53,171 nucleotides of DNA from Chthoniobacteraceae bacterium (GTDB lineage: Bacteria > Verrucomicrobiota > Verrucomicrobiia > Chthoniobacterales > Chthoniobacteraceae): NCBI GenBank assembly GCA_040081625.1, contig JBEBGD010000030.1, positions 1 to 53,171 of the forward strand, in the 5' to 3' direction. Positions 44,701 to 53,171 of the stretch are shown here, one piece after another (within the stretch, counting starts at the first letter, position 1; each line of letters begins with the position of its first letter). The notes under the pieces are model-generated. The model searched no databases and was not told the DNA's origin. It saw only the letters and a program-made list of their open reading frames with translations. Made by a program: the position numbers and the translations under genes.

Positions 44701-47700
44701 CGAGGCGCACGCTGGCGTTGATCTCGTTGGAGAGTGCGTTGGCGATCAGCGCGACGTTGTCGGGCTGGCCGGTGCCGGTGAAGATGCTCACCAGCCGCAC
44801 GTCGATGTTGTCGAGATTCGCGAGCGTGATCGTCTCGTGAACCGAGCTGCCCACGAGCGTGAGCGTGCGCGCGGTGATGAAGCCGCGCAGGTCGATGAAG
44901 CTGATCCCATCGAGGTCGGCCTGGCCGAAGACCAGCCGCACATCGCCGCGCGCGCCGATGAAGCTGTTCGCCTCGGCGATGATGCCGTCGCCGGCCTGGA
45001 GGATCACGTCGCCGCTCTCGGAGGTGACATCGACGAGGAACTTCACGCGCACGTCGTCCTCCGGCTGCGCGCTCTCGGTGGCGGTGGCGGTGAGCGTGCC
45101 CTGGCTGAATGTATCGACCGCAAAGACGATGCCGCCCGGGCTCGGGCCCGCGCCGGCACCGGCGGTCAGTGTCGTCGTGCCGCCGAAGTTTTCCGAAGTC
45201 GCGAGGTCATCGACGGCGTTGATCGTGAGCATCCCCGTGTTCGAGACGTTCACGAGGTCGCCGAAGTTCTGGAACGCGAGGTTGCCCGCGAGCGTCGCGA
45301 GCGGCGTGCCGGCGGTGCCGATGCCGTTGCCGGCGCGCAACGCGAGGTTCGTCGCGGTGATCGAGCCCGGCGCGGGCGAGGTGATCGAGCCTCCGGTGGT
45401 GAGCGAGAGCGTCGGCGCATTCGTCGCGGAGACGGGCGCGGTGACGGTGATGTTGCTCGAGTTGAAATCGCCGACGCGCAGCAGCGGCGTGAAGAAGCGC
45501 GAAAGCTCGACGGCGGAAATCTCGAGCGTGTTCGCAGCGGCGTCGGTCGTGGAGCCGAGGTCGATGAGGCGACCGGCGCTCACCGGCACGATCGTCACCA
45601 CGCCGGCTGTGGCGCTGACGCCGGCCGCGCCGTCGATCGCGAGACGGTCGGCATTGATCGTCACGTCGCCGCCATTCGAGAAGACGGCATTTGAAAACGG
45701 CGCGCTGATGTTCACGAATCGGTCGGAGCCCGCCGTGAGCGTCACGTCGCCGGTCCCGCGCGCGCCGAGGCTCGCGTCGTTTCCGGAGTTGTTCGTGATA
45801 TTGATGTCGCGTCCGGCGGACACGGTCACGCCGCCGCCGGTGGCGTTCAAGAAGGTGTCCGACTCCACATCGCTGAAGCCATCGACCGTCACGTCGCGCC
45901 CGGCGGTGAAGGTGATGCTGCCGCTGGCGCGCACGTCGTTGTCGAAGTCGGCGCCGGCGGTGCCGAGGAGGATGTCCTGCCCGGCATCGACGGTGATGCT
46001 GCCGCCCGCTGCGACGATGGCGTCCCTGTTCACCGACGCGACGATGTCGAAGGCTCCGCCCGTCGCGTTCAGGACGACATCGCCGCTGATGCCTCCGCTC
46101 CTGACGATCTCAGTGCCGTCGGTGTCCGCGAGCGTGAGCGTGCCGCCGAGGGAATTGATGCCGATGCCGCCGCTCGTCGCGACCGAGAGTCCGGTGAGCG
46201 TCGAGTTCACGCCGCCGATGGTCAGCGGCGAGAAGAGGTTGTCGATGAAGATGCCGCCGGTCGTCGTGGCCGCCTCGAGATTGCCGACCACCGTATCGAT
46301 CGCCTCGCCCACGCCGATGCCCGTGCCCGCGGTAAGCCCCAGCCGGATGACGCTGATGTCGAACCCTCCGAAGCCGTCGATGATGCTGCCGCCGGTGACG
46401 AGTTCGAGCTGGTTGGTGTTCAGCGGGGCGATGAAGTCGGTGATCGTGAGATCGCCCGCCGTGCCGCGTCCCACGACGAGCACGCTGGTGGTGATGAAGT
46501 CGAGTTCCGCGTCGGTGAGCCCGAGCGTGTTCACGTCGTCCGCGCCGCCGAGGTCGATGAGCGTGCCGGGTTGGAACGGCTGCACCGTTACGGTGCTCGT
46601 GATTGCGAGCACCGGCCCGAAGATGGAAATGTTGTCGCCAGTCAGCGTCACTCCCAACAGGCTGGAAACTGAGGCGCCGGGGTTGATGGTGAGAGGATTG
46701 TCGGCCCCGCCCATTGAGCCGGCGGTCAGCGCGACGGTGCCCGAGGGGGCGGCGTTCACGTCCGGGAATGGCGACCCAGTGTCGAGCACGGTCAGCGGTC
46801 CATCGACCGTGGCGATCGTGATCGAGGCGCCCGTGGTGGAGATGCCGGCGGTGCCACCGACGGTGCCGATCGTGAGCGAGTTGGCGTCGGTGTAGCTGAC
46901 GGAGACGACGAGCGCGGCGATCACGTCCACGTCGTTGGCGGGATTGTTGAGCGCGAAGCCCGCGAGTGAGCCGAACAGCGTCAACGACGAAGCGACGATC
47001 TCGTCGTCAGCCGTTCCGTTTTGTGTCACCGGTGCAGCGAAGGAGCCCAGGGCGACCGTGCCCGCGGCCTGGACGCCGAAGGTCGAGGAGAAGTTGAACG
47101 CGCCGATGGTCAGGTCGCCGCTGCCGATGGCGTAGCCCAGCGCGTCGCTGCCGTTGAAAAGAATGTCGCCGTTCGGGGCCAGGAGCGTCACCGTGCCGGC
47201 GACTAGATTCGCGGCACCGAGAGTGAGTTGGAGTCCGACTGCGTCGGCGCGAGCCGCCAGTCGGCCGGCGGTGATGTTGGCAGCGCCATTCTGCAAGAGC
47301 GTGCCCGCAGCTTGCAACAGCACCGCGCGGCTTCCGGCGTTCACCACCGCATTCACCGCGAGGTCTCCGCCGGAGACGAGCGCGATGTCGCCATTCGTCG
47401 AGGTCACCACGCCGCTCTGCGTCAACGAACCCGTGCTCGAAGCCGTCACCGTGCCCGCGGCAGTGATCCCTGTGACGGTCAGCGTGCCGGCGAAATCCGC
47501 GGCCTGAAAGCCGCCAGTCGTGCTCGACCCGCCGACCGCGTCGAAGGAGTTGCCGGGCGTGATCAGGTTCACATCGCCGACCGAGGTGACATTCAACGTG
47601 CCCGTGCCGCCGCCGACGGTGAGGGTGCCGGTCTGCGTGACGCCGCTGCCGATCAGGTTCAGCGTTGCGTTGCCGACGTTGCCCGCGTCGCCGATCGAGA

Positions 47701-49066
47701 TCGCGCCCGCGCCGGCCGCGCCGAGGGTGAGCGCCGACCCCTGGATCAAGTCGAGTTCCGCCTGGCTGAGCGAGACCGCCGAGCCGGCTGTGTTCGAGAG
47801 GAGGATGTCCCGCCCCGCACTGAATCCGGCGATTGTCACATTCGTCGTCGCTACCGAGCCGACCGAGGCGCCGATGGTGAGGTCATCGCTGATGAGCGTG
47901 ATCCGGCCCGCGGTGAGCGACGCGCTGACGTTGAGCGCGCCGCCTGCGATGTTCGCGTTGGTGGCGAGGATCGTCCCGGGTCCGACATCCACCGATCCGA
48001 GAACAAGGGTCTCGCTCGTCGTGAAGGAATAGAAGTCCGCGCCGCCGTTGCCGGTCACGTTGACCGTGTTTCCGAACACCGCCGCCAGCGTCTGCTCGCC
48101 CGCCGTTGCGGAGTCGAAATCGAACGCGCTGGCGAATCCCGCGTCGCCCGCGGCGAAACGATTGTGCCGCAGCAGGCCGCCGCTTTCCGTCACCACGAGC
48201 GTCTCCGCAGCCGCGGTCCCGGTGAAAGTCGCGGACGGACCGCCCAGCGTGGCTGTGAAACCGCCCGTCACCGCCAGCCCGCGCACCAGCGTCGCACCAC
48301 CGCCGATGACGCCGACGGGCGTCGCCGCGCCGGTCGCGAGGTTCACCGTATAGAGCCCCGTCACCCCGCCGACCGTCCCGGCGAGAAACGCCGTGCTGCC
48401 GAAGACGTCGAAACCAGTGAGCGATCCGATGTCGAGCCCGAGCGCGCCGACCGTGTTGAGCGTGCCGGCGTTCGGCGGGTTCTGCGTCACGAGCACGTCG
48501 AGATTCGTGTCGATGCCGTAAAGCGTCGTCGTCGTCGCGCCGAAGAAGCTGTTCGTGTAGCCGCTGCCGGTCACGTTCGGGTTCACCCCGAAGTTCGGAT
48601 CGCCCGCCGCGAAGGCCAGCGCGCCGTCGGGCGCCGCGAGCCCTCCGGTGTTCGGATTGAGCCGGAGGTTTTGGTCCGCGTCGCTGACCACGCGCAGCCG
48701 ATCGACCGTCGGGTTGAAGTCGAACCCGAACTCCGCGCCGCTCAGCGCGAACGCGCCGGATGCGCCGACCTGCGAAGCCACGCCGGTCGAGGAATTGATC
48801 GTGTAGAGCACGTTCGTATTGCCCAGCCCGTAGAGCAGTCCGTCCGCGGGACGGAAGTCGAGGCCCTTGATCATCTCGCCCGGCGCCAACCCGCTGATCG
48901 CCACCGAGCTGACTGTGCCCGGCGTCGCCGTGTCGAAGTGCAGCAGATTGTTGCTCGTATCGACCGCGAATGCGCTCGCGGGCGCGATGCGGGCTTCGAG
49001 GATTTCGATCTCCGAATTCCTGCGGATTTTCGTGACGGTGCGACGGATGCGGGCGGGCGTTTTCAT
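41768..49066 (-). CDS. Giant extracellular protein (2432 aa): LExR motif, two DUF4394 domains, beta-helix repeats, RTX Ca-binding repeats, FG-GAP repeats
   Basis: N-terminal [10 protein letters not shown]. Two DUF4394 copies ([33 protein letters not shown]...TTLY.ID, QNPPN.G.L). GGxGxDxL nonapeptides. C-terminal GDFNGDG..D repeats. Confidence 0.88.
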   Translation of the reverse strand: MKTPARIRRTVTKIRRNSEIEILEARIAPASAFAVDTSNNLLHFDTATPGTVSSVAISGLAPGEMIKGLDFRPADGLLYGLGNTNVLYTINSSTGVASQVGASGAFALSGAEFGFDFNPTVDRLRVVSDADQNLRLNPNTGGLAAPDGALAFAAGDPNFGVNPNVTGSGYTNSFFGATTTTLYGIDTNLDVLVTQNPPNAGTLNTVGALGLDIGSLTGFDVFGSTAFLAGTVGGVTGLYTVNLATGAATPVGVIGGGATLVRGLAVTGGFTATLGGPSATFTGTAAAETLVVTESGGLLRHNRFAAGDAGFASAFDFDSATAGEQTLAAVFGNTVNVTGNGGADFYSFTTSETLVLGSVDVGPGTILATNANIAGGALNVSASLTAGRITLISDDLTIGASVGSVATTNVTIAGFSAGRDILLSNTAGSAVSLSQAELDLIQGSALTLGAAGAGAISIGDAGNVGNATLNLIGSGVTQTGTLTVGGGTGTLNVTSVGDVNLITPGNSFDAVGGSSTTGGFQAADFAGTLTVTGITAAGTVTASSTGSLTQSGVVTSTNGDIALVSGGDLAVNAVVNAGSRAVLLQAAGTLLQNGAANITAGRLAARADAVGLQLTLGAANLVAGTVTLLAPNGDILFNGSDALGYAIGSGDLTIGAFNFSSTFGVQAAGTVALGSFAAPVTQNGTADDEIVASSLTLFGSLAGFALNNPANDVDVIAALVVSVSYTDANSLTIGTVGGTAGISTTGASITIATVDGPLTVLDTGSPFPDVNAAPSGTVALTAGSMGGADNPLTINPGASVSSLLGVTLTGDNISIFGPVLAITSTVTVQPFQPGTLIDLGGADDVNTLGLTDAELDFITTSVLVVGRGTAGDLTITDFIAPLNTNQLELVTGGSIIDGFGGFDISVIRLGLTAGTGIGVGEAIDTVVGNLEAATTTGGIFIDNLFSPLTIGGVNSTLTGLSVATSGGIGINSLGGTLTLADTDGTEIVRSGGISGDVVLNATGGAFDIVASVNRDAIVAAGGSITVDAGQDILLGTAGADFDNDVRASGSITFTAGRDVTVDGFSDVESDTFLNATGGGVTVSAGRDINITNNSGNDASLGARGTGDVTLTAGSDRFVNISAPFSNAVFSNGGDVTINADRLAIDGAAGVSATAGVVTIVPVSAGRLIDLGSTTDAAANTLEISAVELSRFFTPLLRVGDFNSSNITVTAPVSATNAPTLSLTTGGSITSPAPGSITATNLALRAGNGIGTAGTPLATLAGNLAFQNFGDLVNVSNTGMLTINAVDDLATSENFGGTTTLTAGAGAGPSPGGIVFAVDTFSQGTLTATATESAQPEDDVRVKFLVDVTSESGDVILQAGDGIIAEANSFIGARGDVRLVFGQADLDGISFIDLRGFITARTLTLVGSSVHETITLANLDNIDVRLVSIFTGTGQPDNVALIANALSNEINASVRLGSYVEVLGFRSEVRVYETTTADTLTIAGAGGNDTLTAQPGVESLVSIILDGGAGDDVLSGNGILAGGEGNDVLNGGTGNDILLGDGGVEFLFGLTAANQLVRFLPEAPDTIVSTVAITGLQGGDVLVGIDVRPATGALYALGTSGGVGRLYTIDPLTGAATLASTLAADPADATSPYTTLVGTNFGVDFNPVPDRLRVVSDAGQNLRINVDTGLVTTDGDLNGGSTSIVGAAYANSFAGTTTTTLYTIDATTDQLFIQNPPNNGTGVLVGALGVDADAVLGFDIVPGTGTALAALSVAGVSGLYTIDLFNGRATLVGNFGGGATLLGLAVGATKGNDIIRGGAGNDTLTSGTGDDQLFGEAGNDRLEGGAGDDLLDGGDGNDTINGSDGNDIVIGGLGLDVLNGGTGTDTLRETRDANFTLTNTALTIGAEGTETLTSFERVEITGGAGANLFNVGAFTGQLKITGGDGSDTLDFSAATLGVSIDLDAAGSTQFLNASGVALTLGDGMENFTGSAFNDVVFAAARSFARVIDGQAPSVQPGLPGAPIPPGDKLIVDGRGQFVTIDKLNNNTGTAHTPGFGDILFSDIEQVDTVNSSSNGGFTGANAGTAFTASVSYKVGKTPTEVVTGDVNGDGFDDIVTVNAGDRTVTVLLSRGNGTFNPAVSFKTGGLAPRSVALANVDAGGLDIIVTNGKSNTVAVLLNDGAGNFGTATTFKTAANPSVLKMGDFNGDGFLDIAALSKTSAVVSVLLNTGAGAAGIASFGPAARIKTAGVPTPATDFAIGNFDGDAPGHLDLAVVLPKTSSLAILAGDGLGSFTKLATQYKVGRDPTVMAIADFNNDGILDIVVNHKVTQFVSILLGRGNAGSGLFEAQLQTSFAVAIRASQTLVVGDFDGDGNADLAFGSDSGASLRIALGTGTGLLQPLVRFALATVPAGAIAARLSSAIAVGDFNGDGAPDVVVTNRLTSNVNVAIRTPTV

Positions 49067-49260
49067 AAAGGCTGGATCAGGGTTGTGAGCACGCCTGCGC
49101 GACCGGTTCCGGGGTCCGCGGCAGCGTGTTCTTGGAAGAGTTCATCGGCACTGGAAATTCGTCTCCCGCGGAGCGCTGGGCGGAGACGAGTCCGAAAATG
49201 TCGGACGGCGGCCATGCGCGCAACGCAAATATCCCCGTCCGTTTCGCCACCCCGCGCCAC

Positions 49261-49299
49261 TTCGATCTTGGATGTTCGGCGTTCGATGTTCGATGTTCG
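49261..49299. repeat. Heptamer tandem repeat (TTCGATG)n
   Basis: TTCGATC TTGGATG TTCGGCG TTCGATG TTCGATG TTCG, ending just before the rhomboid start codon. Confidence 0.8.
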
Positions 49300-49304
49300 C
49301 CGCG

Positions 49305-50216
49305 ATGCCCGATGACCCACCGCCGCCCGAAGAAGAGCCGCAACCGCGGGAACTCGCCGAGGTCGGACGCTACGCGAAATTTTCCCAAGCGCAGGAGCGC
49401 GGCCTCGTCGCCGCGGCACTCGAGGTCGCGTATTGGGTGAAGCGCGAAGGGCGCGGCTTCGTGCTCTACGTCGAGCCGCCGCAGCAGGCGCGCGTTGCGG
49501 AGGAACTCGCGAAATTCGAGACCGAGAACGCCCAGCGTCACGCGCAGAAAGCACCTCCCGAGGCCGCCCTGCCCAAGCTCGACACGCTCCCGCTCTTCGT
49601 CGCCGCGTGGGTCACGTGCATGTTTTGGGCGGCGCAAAACTTCGCGCCCGAGTCGTGGATCGACCTCGGCGACGCGAACAACCGCGCGATCCTCACCGGC
49701 CAATGGTGGCGCACGATCACCGCGCTCACGCTCCACGGCGACCTCTCGCACTTCATGGCGAATCTCTTCTTCGGCCTGCTCTTCGCCGGCTTCCTCCTCC
49801 CGCGCTTCGGAGGCGGGTTCACGTGGCTCGGCTTCGTGCTCGCGGGCGCCGCGGGCAATGCGCTCAACGCCGCCTTCTATCGCAGTGAAAACCACAGCAC
49901 CATCGGCGCATCCACCGCCGTCTTCGGCGCGCTCGGGATGCTCGTCGCGCGGGAGTTCCTCGCCCGCTGGCGCTCGCCCGCGAAGCGCAACTGGTGGCAC
50001 CTCATCATCCCGCTCGGCGGCGGCCTCGCGCTGCTCGCGTGGCTCGGCTCGGGTGGAGAAGACGAACCGCGCATCGACTTAATGGCGCACTTCTGGGGCT
50101 TCGCCGCGGGGCTCGTGCTCGGCTTTGTGCAAATCCCGCCGCGCACGCAACGGATCGCCGCCGCACTCGCGCTCGCGCTCCCGGTCATCGCGTGGGTGCT
50201 GGCGCTGAAATTCTGA
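49305..50216 (+). CDS. Rhomboid-family intramembrane serine protease
   Basis: [27 protein letters not shown] (catalytic Ser), AHFWGF.AG (catalytic His), with an N-terminal soluble domain. Confidence 0.92.
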   Translation: MPDDPPPPEEEPQPRELAEVGRYAKFSQAQERGLVAAALEVAYWVKREGRGFVLYVEPPQQARVAEELAKFETENAQRHAQKAPPEAALPKLDTLPLFVAAWVTCMFWAAQNFAPESWIDLGDANNRAILTGQWWRTITALTLHGDLSHFMANLFFGLLFAGFLLPRFGGGFTWLGFVLAGAAGNALNAAFYRSENHSTIGASTAVFGALGMLVAREFLARWRSPAKRNWWHLIIPLGGGLALLAWLGSGGEDEPRIDLMAHFWGFAAGLVLGFVQIPPRTQRIAAALALALPVIAWVLALKF

Positions 50217-50266
50217 GCGCACTTGCCGCCGGGCCGCACCGGGGCTTTGATGCGATCCTTTTCATC

Positions 50267-53128
50267 ATGAACGACGCATTCGGCACCCTACAATCCTTCG
50301 ACCTCGGCAACGGCAAACGCGGCAGCTTCCACTCGCTGCCCGCACTGGAGAAAGCAGGCGTGGGGCCGATCTCGCGGCTGCCGATCTCCATCCGCATCGT
50401 GCTCGAGAGCGTGCTGCGCAATTGCGACGGGCAGCGTGTGCGCGAGGAGGATGTGAAGGCGCTGGCCAACTGGAACGCGAAGGCGCCGGCCCAGGTCGAG
50501 ATTCCTTTCGTCGTCGCGCGCGTGGTGTTGCAGGACTTCACGGGCGTGCCGCTGCTCGTCGATCTCGCCGCCATGCGCTCGACGGTGTCGCGGCTCGGGC
50601 GCGATCCGAAGATGATCGAGCCGCTCGTGCCGGTGGACCTCGTCGTCGATCACAGTGTGCAGGTGGATTTCTTCGGCTCGGCGGATTCGCTGGAGCGGAA
50701 CCTGGAGTTGGAGTTCAAGCGCAACCGCGAGCGCTACGAGCTGCTCAAGTGGGGCCAACAGGCGTTCAAGACCTTCGGCGTCGTGCCGCCCGGCATCGGC
50801 ATCGTGCATCAGGTGAATCTCGAATACCTCGCCAAAGGCGTGCTCGAGCGTGGCGGCGTGTATTTCCCCGATACGCTCGTGGGCACCGACTCGCACACGA
50901 CGATGATCAACGGCCTCGGCGTGGTCGGCTGGGGCGTCGGCGGCATCGAAGCGGAGGCCGGGATGCTCGGGCAGCCGGTCTATTTCCTCACGCCGGAAGT
51001 CGTGGGCGTGTATCTCACCGGCGCGCTCGCGGAGGGCGTGACGGCGACGGACCTCGTGCTGCACATTACGCAGATGCTGCGCAAGGCGAAGGTGGTCGGG
51101 AAGTTTGTCGAGTTCTACGGACCGGGCGCGCGCTCGCTGCCCGTGGTGGATCGCGCGACCATCGCCAACATGGCGCCCGAGTATGGCGCGACGATGGGCT
51201 TCTTCCCCATCGACGACGAGACGCTCGCCTACATGCGCGGCACGGGCCGCTCCGACGAGCTGTGCGCGGCGTTTGAAGCCTATTACAAGGCGCAAGGTCT
51301 GTGGGGCATCCCGGAGCGCGGCGCGATCGACTACAGCGTGGATCTCGCGCTCGACATCTCGACCGTCGTGCCGGCCGTGGCGGGGCCGAAGCGACCGCAG
51401 GATCACATCAACCTGCCAGAGCTCGGCAGCACCTTCCGCAATCTCTTCACCAAGCCCATCACCGATGGCGGCTATGGCAAGACGACGGACGATCTCGCGC
51501 GGCGGATTCCGGTGCGGCTCGATGGCGGTCGGGGCAGCGGGGCGCACGACATGTTTTCCACCGATGCGCTCGCGGACACCCGGCACATGCGGGAAGGCGC
51601 GCCGAAGAACGTCGCAGAGATGATCACCAACCGCCCGACGCCCGACGCCGCATCGGACATGGCGACCTCGCCTTACAAGACTGCCGACGTGGAAGTCGGC
51701 AATGGCAGCGTGCTCATCGCGGCGATCACTTCCTGCACGAACACGTCGAACCCGAGCGTGATGCTCGGCGCAGGCTTGCTGGCGAAAAAGGCGGTCGAGC
51801 GCGGGCTGACGGTGAACCCGGCGGTGAAGACGTCGCTCGGGCCGGGCTCGCGCGTGGTGACTGACTATCTCACCAAGACCAAGCTCCAGCCTTATCTCGA
51901 CGCGCTCGGTTTCCAGACCGTCGGCTATGGCTGCACGACGTGCATCGGCAACTCGGGTCCACTTCACTCGGCGATCGAGGAGGCGATCGTGAAGAACGAC
52001 ATCGTCGCCGCGAGCGTGCTCTCGGGGAATCGCAACTTCGAGGCGCGCGTGCACCAGAACATCAAGGCAAACTTCCTCATGTCGCCGCCGCTCGTCGTCG
52101 CCTTTGCGCTCGCGGGTCGCGTGGATATCGACCTGAGCACGGAGCCGCTCGGCGACGGGAAGGACGGCAAGCCTGTCTATCTGCGCGACCTCTGGCCGAC
52201 GCAGAAGGAGATCGCCGACGTGATGCGCACCGCGCTCTCGCCGGAGGTCTTCCGCAAGCTCTACACCGACTTCGCCGCGCAGAATCCGAAGTGGAACGAG
52301 ATCCCCGGCACGGTCGGCGATGTCTTCGGCTGGAACCTCGAGAGCACCTATGTGCAGGAGCCGCCGTTCTTCACCGACTTCGGGATGGAGCCGGGGACGA
52401 TCCGCGAAATCAAGGGCGCGCGGCCGCTCGGCATCTTCGGCGATAGCGTGACGACCGATCACATCAGCCCCGCCGGAGCGATCAAGAAGGCGTCGCCGGC
52501 CGGGAAGTATCTCAGCGAGCACGGTGTGGCGTTCGAGGACTTCAATAGCTACGGCAGTCGCCGCGGAAATGATCGCGTGATGACGCGCGGGACCTTCGCG
52601 AATGTGCGCATCAAGAACCTCATGGTGCCTGGCGTGGAGGGCGGCGTGACGAAATACGAGGGCGAGACGATGCCGATCTACGATGCCGCGATGAAATACA
52701 TCGAGGCGAAGACGCCGCTGATGATCTTCGCCGGCCAGGAATACGGCACGGGCAGCAGCCGTGACTGGGCTGCGAAAGGCACGCGCTTGCTCGGGGTGAA
52801 GGCCGTCGTCGCGCAGAGCTTCGAGCGCATCCACCGCAGCAACCTCTGCGGCATGGGCCTCGTCCCGCTGCAGTTCCCCGACGGCATGAACGCCGCGAGC
52901 CTCAAGCTCGACGGCAGCGAGACTTTCGACCTGCTGGGCCTGAGCGACGACATCAAGCCGATGAGCGACTGCACGCTTGTGATCCACCGCGCCGACGGCA
53001 CCGAGGATCGCGTCACGCTGCGCAGCCGGATCGACACCGCGATCGAAGTCGAATACGTCCGCCACGGCGGCATCCTGCCGTATGTGCTGCGGCAGTTGCT
53101 CGGAGCGCCGGCGTCCTCGCCGGCTTGA
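50267..53128 (+). CDS. acnA: Aconitate hydratase AcnA
   Basis: [79 protein letters not shown]. Start at MNDAF (50267). Confidence 0.97.
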   Translation: MNDAFGTLQSFDLGNGKRGSFHSLPALEKAGVGPISRLPISIRIVLESVLRNCDGQRVREEDVKALANWNAKAPAQVEIPFVVARVVLQDFTGVPLLVDLAAMRSTVSRLGRDPKMIEPLVPVDLVVDHSVQVDFFGSADSLERNLELEFKRNRERYELLKWGQQAFKTFGVVPPGIGIVHQVNLEYLAKGVLERGGVYFPDTLVGTDSHTTMINGLGVVGWGVGGIEAEAGMLGQPVYFLTPEVVGVYLTGALAEGVTATDLVLHITQMLRKAKVVGKFVEFYGPGARSLPVVDRATIANMAPEYGATMGFFPIDDETLAYMRGTGRSDELCAAFEAYYKAQGLWGIPERGAIDYSVDLALDISTVVPAVAGPKRPQDHINLPELGSTFRNLFTKPITDGGYGKTTDDLARRIPVRLDGGRGSGAHDMFSTDALADTRHMREGAPKNVAEMITNRPTPDAASDMATSPYKTADVEVGNGSVLIAAITSCTNTSNPSVMLGAGLLAKKAVERGLTVNPAVKTSLGPGSRVVTDYLTKTKLQPYLDALGFQTVGYGCTTCIGNSGPLHSAIEEAIVKNDIVAASVLSGNRNFEARVHQNIKANFLMSPPLVVAFALAGRVDIDLSTEPLGDGKDGKPVYLRDLWPTQKEIADVMRTALSPEVFRKLYTDFAAQNPKWNEIPGTVGDVFGWNLESTYVQEPPFFTDFGMEPGTIREIKGARPLGIFGDSVTTDHISPAGAIKKASPAGKYLSEHGVAFEDFNSYGSRRGNDRVMTRGTFANVRIKNLMVPGVEGGVTKYEGETMPIYDAAMKYIEAKTPLMIFAGQEYGTGSSRDWAAKGTRLLGVKAVVAQSFERIHRSNLCGMGLVPLQFPDGMNAASLKLDGSETFDLLGLSDDIKPMSDCTLVIHRADGTEDRVTLRSRIDTAIEVEYVRHGGILPYVLRQLLGAPASSPA

Positions 53129-53171
53129 AATGGGCGGCGGGACGCCGGCGCTTATCTGGTGGCCGGCGAGG
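53102..53171. repeat. REP-like GC-rich palindromic element (truncated by the window end)
   Basis: AGCGCCGGCGTCC (53104-53116) and GGACGCCGGCGCT (53140-53152) form a perfect 13-bp inverted repeat. CCTCGCCGGC (53115-53124) and GCCGGCGAGG (53162-53171) form a second one. Confidence 0.6.

Noticed and set aside
49067..49260. c-di-GMP riboswitch upstream of the adhesin
   Set aside because: The conserved blocks of the c-di-GMP-I and -II aptamers were not found. It is retained only as an unclassified structured leader.
51490..51700. Insertion in AcnA as a possible intein or novel domain
   Set aside because: It is short, lacks intein terminal residues (C/S...HN) and lies in a region of AcnA that is commonly variable in length.

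Overview
High-GC bacterial chromosome segment, most likely Verrucomicrobiota (Chthoniobacterales-like). This is inferred from a PVC-type heme-binding dehydrogenase, an H-X9-DG-type prepilin and a giant protein with an N-terminal LExRxAPA motif. Most of the window is core genome: pntA, nadE, pyc, kup, tmk, miaE, aat, guaA, acnA, SRP RNA, two MFS transporters, a GT9 glycosyltransferase, a beta-CASP nuclease, FKBP, SDR, ROK and a nucleotidyltransferase. Notable items: (i) a divergent CHASE2-adenylate cyclase / secreted FecR protein / outer-membrane beta-barrel module directly upstream of gspD-gspE, plus a second CHASE2 protein with no output domain; (ii) dispersed T2SS/T4P parts (gspDE, pilMNOP-like, one pseudopilin); (iii) a c-di-AMP (ydaO/yuaA) riboswitch upstream of kup; (iv) a 2432-aa DUF4394/RTX/FG-GAP surface protein with a structured leader; (v) a lower-GC islet with an orphan beta-barrel and a probable amidohydrolase remnant; (vi) two small proteins missing from the ORF track; (vii) several intergenic 6-7-mer tandem or inverted repeats and a REP-like palindrome. 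I saw no CRISPR array, tRNA, rRNA, integrase or transposase. Family assignments come from motif recognition by eye, not database searches.
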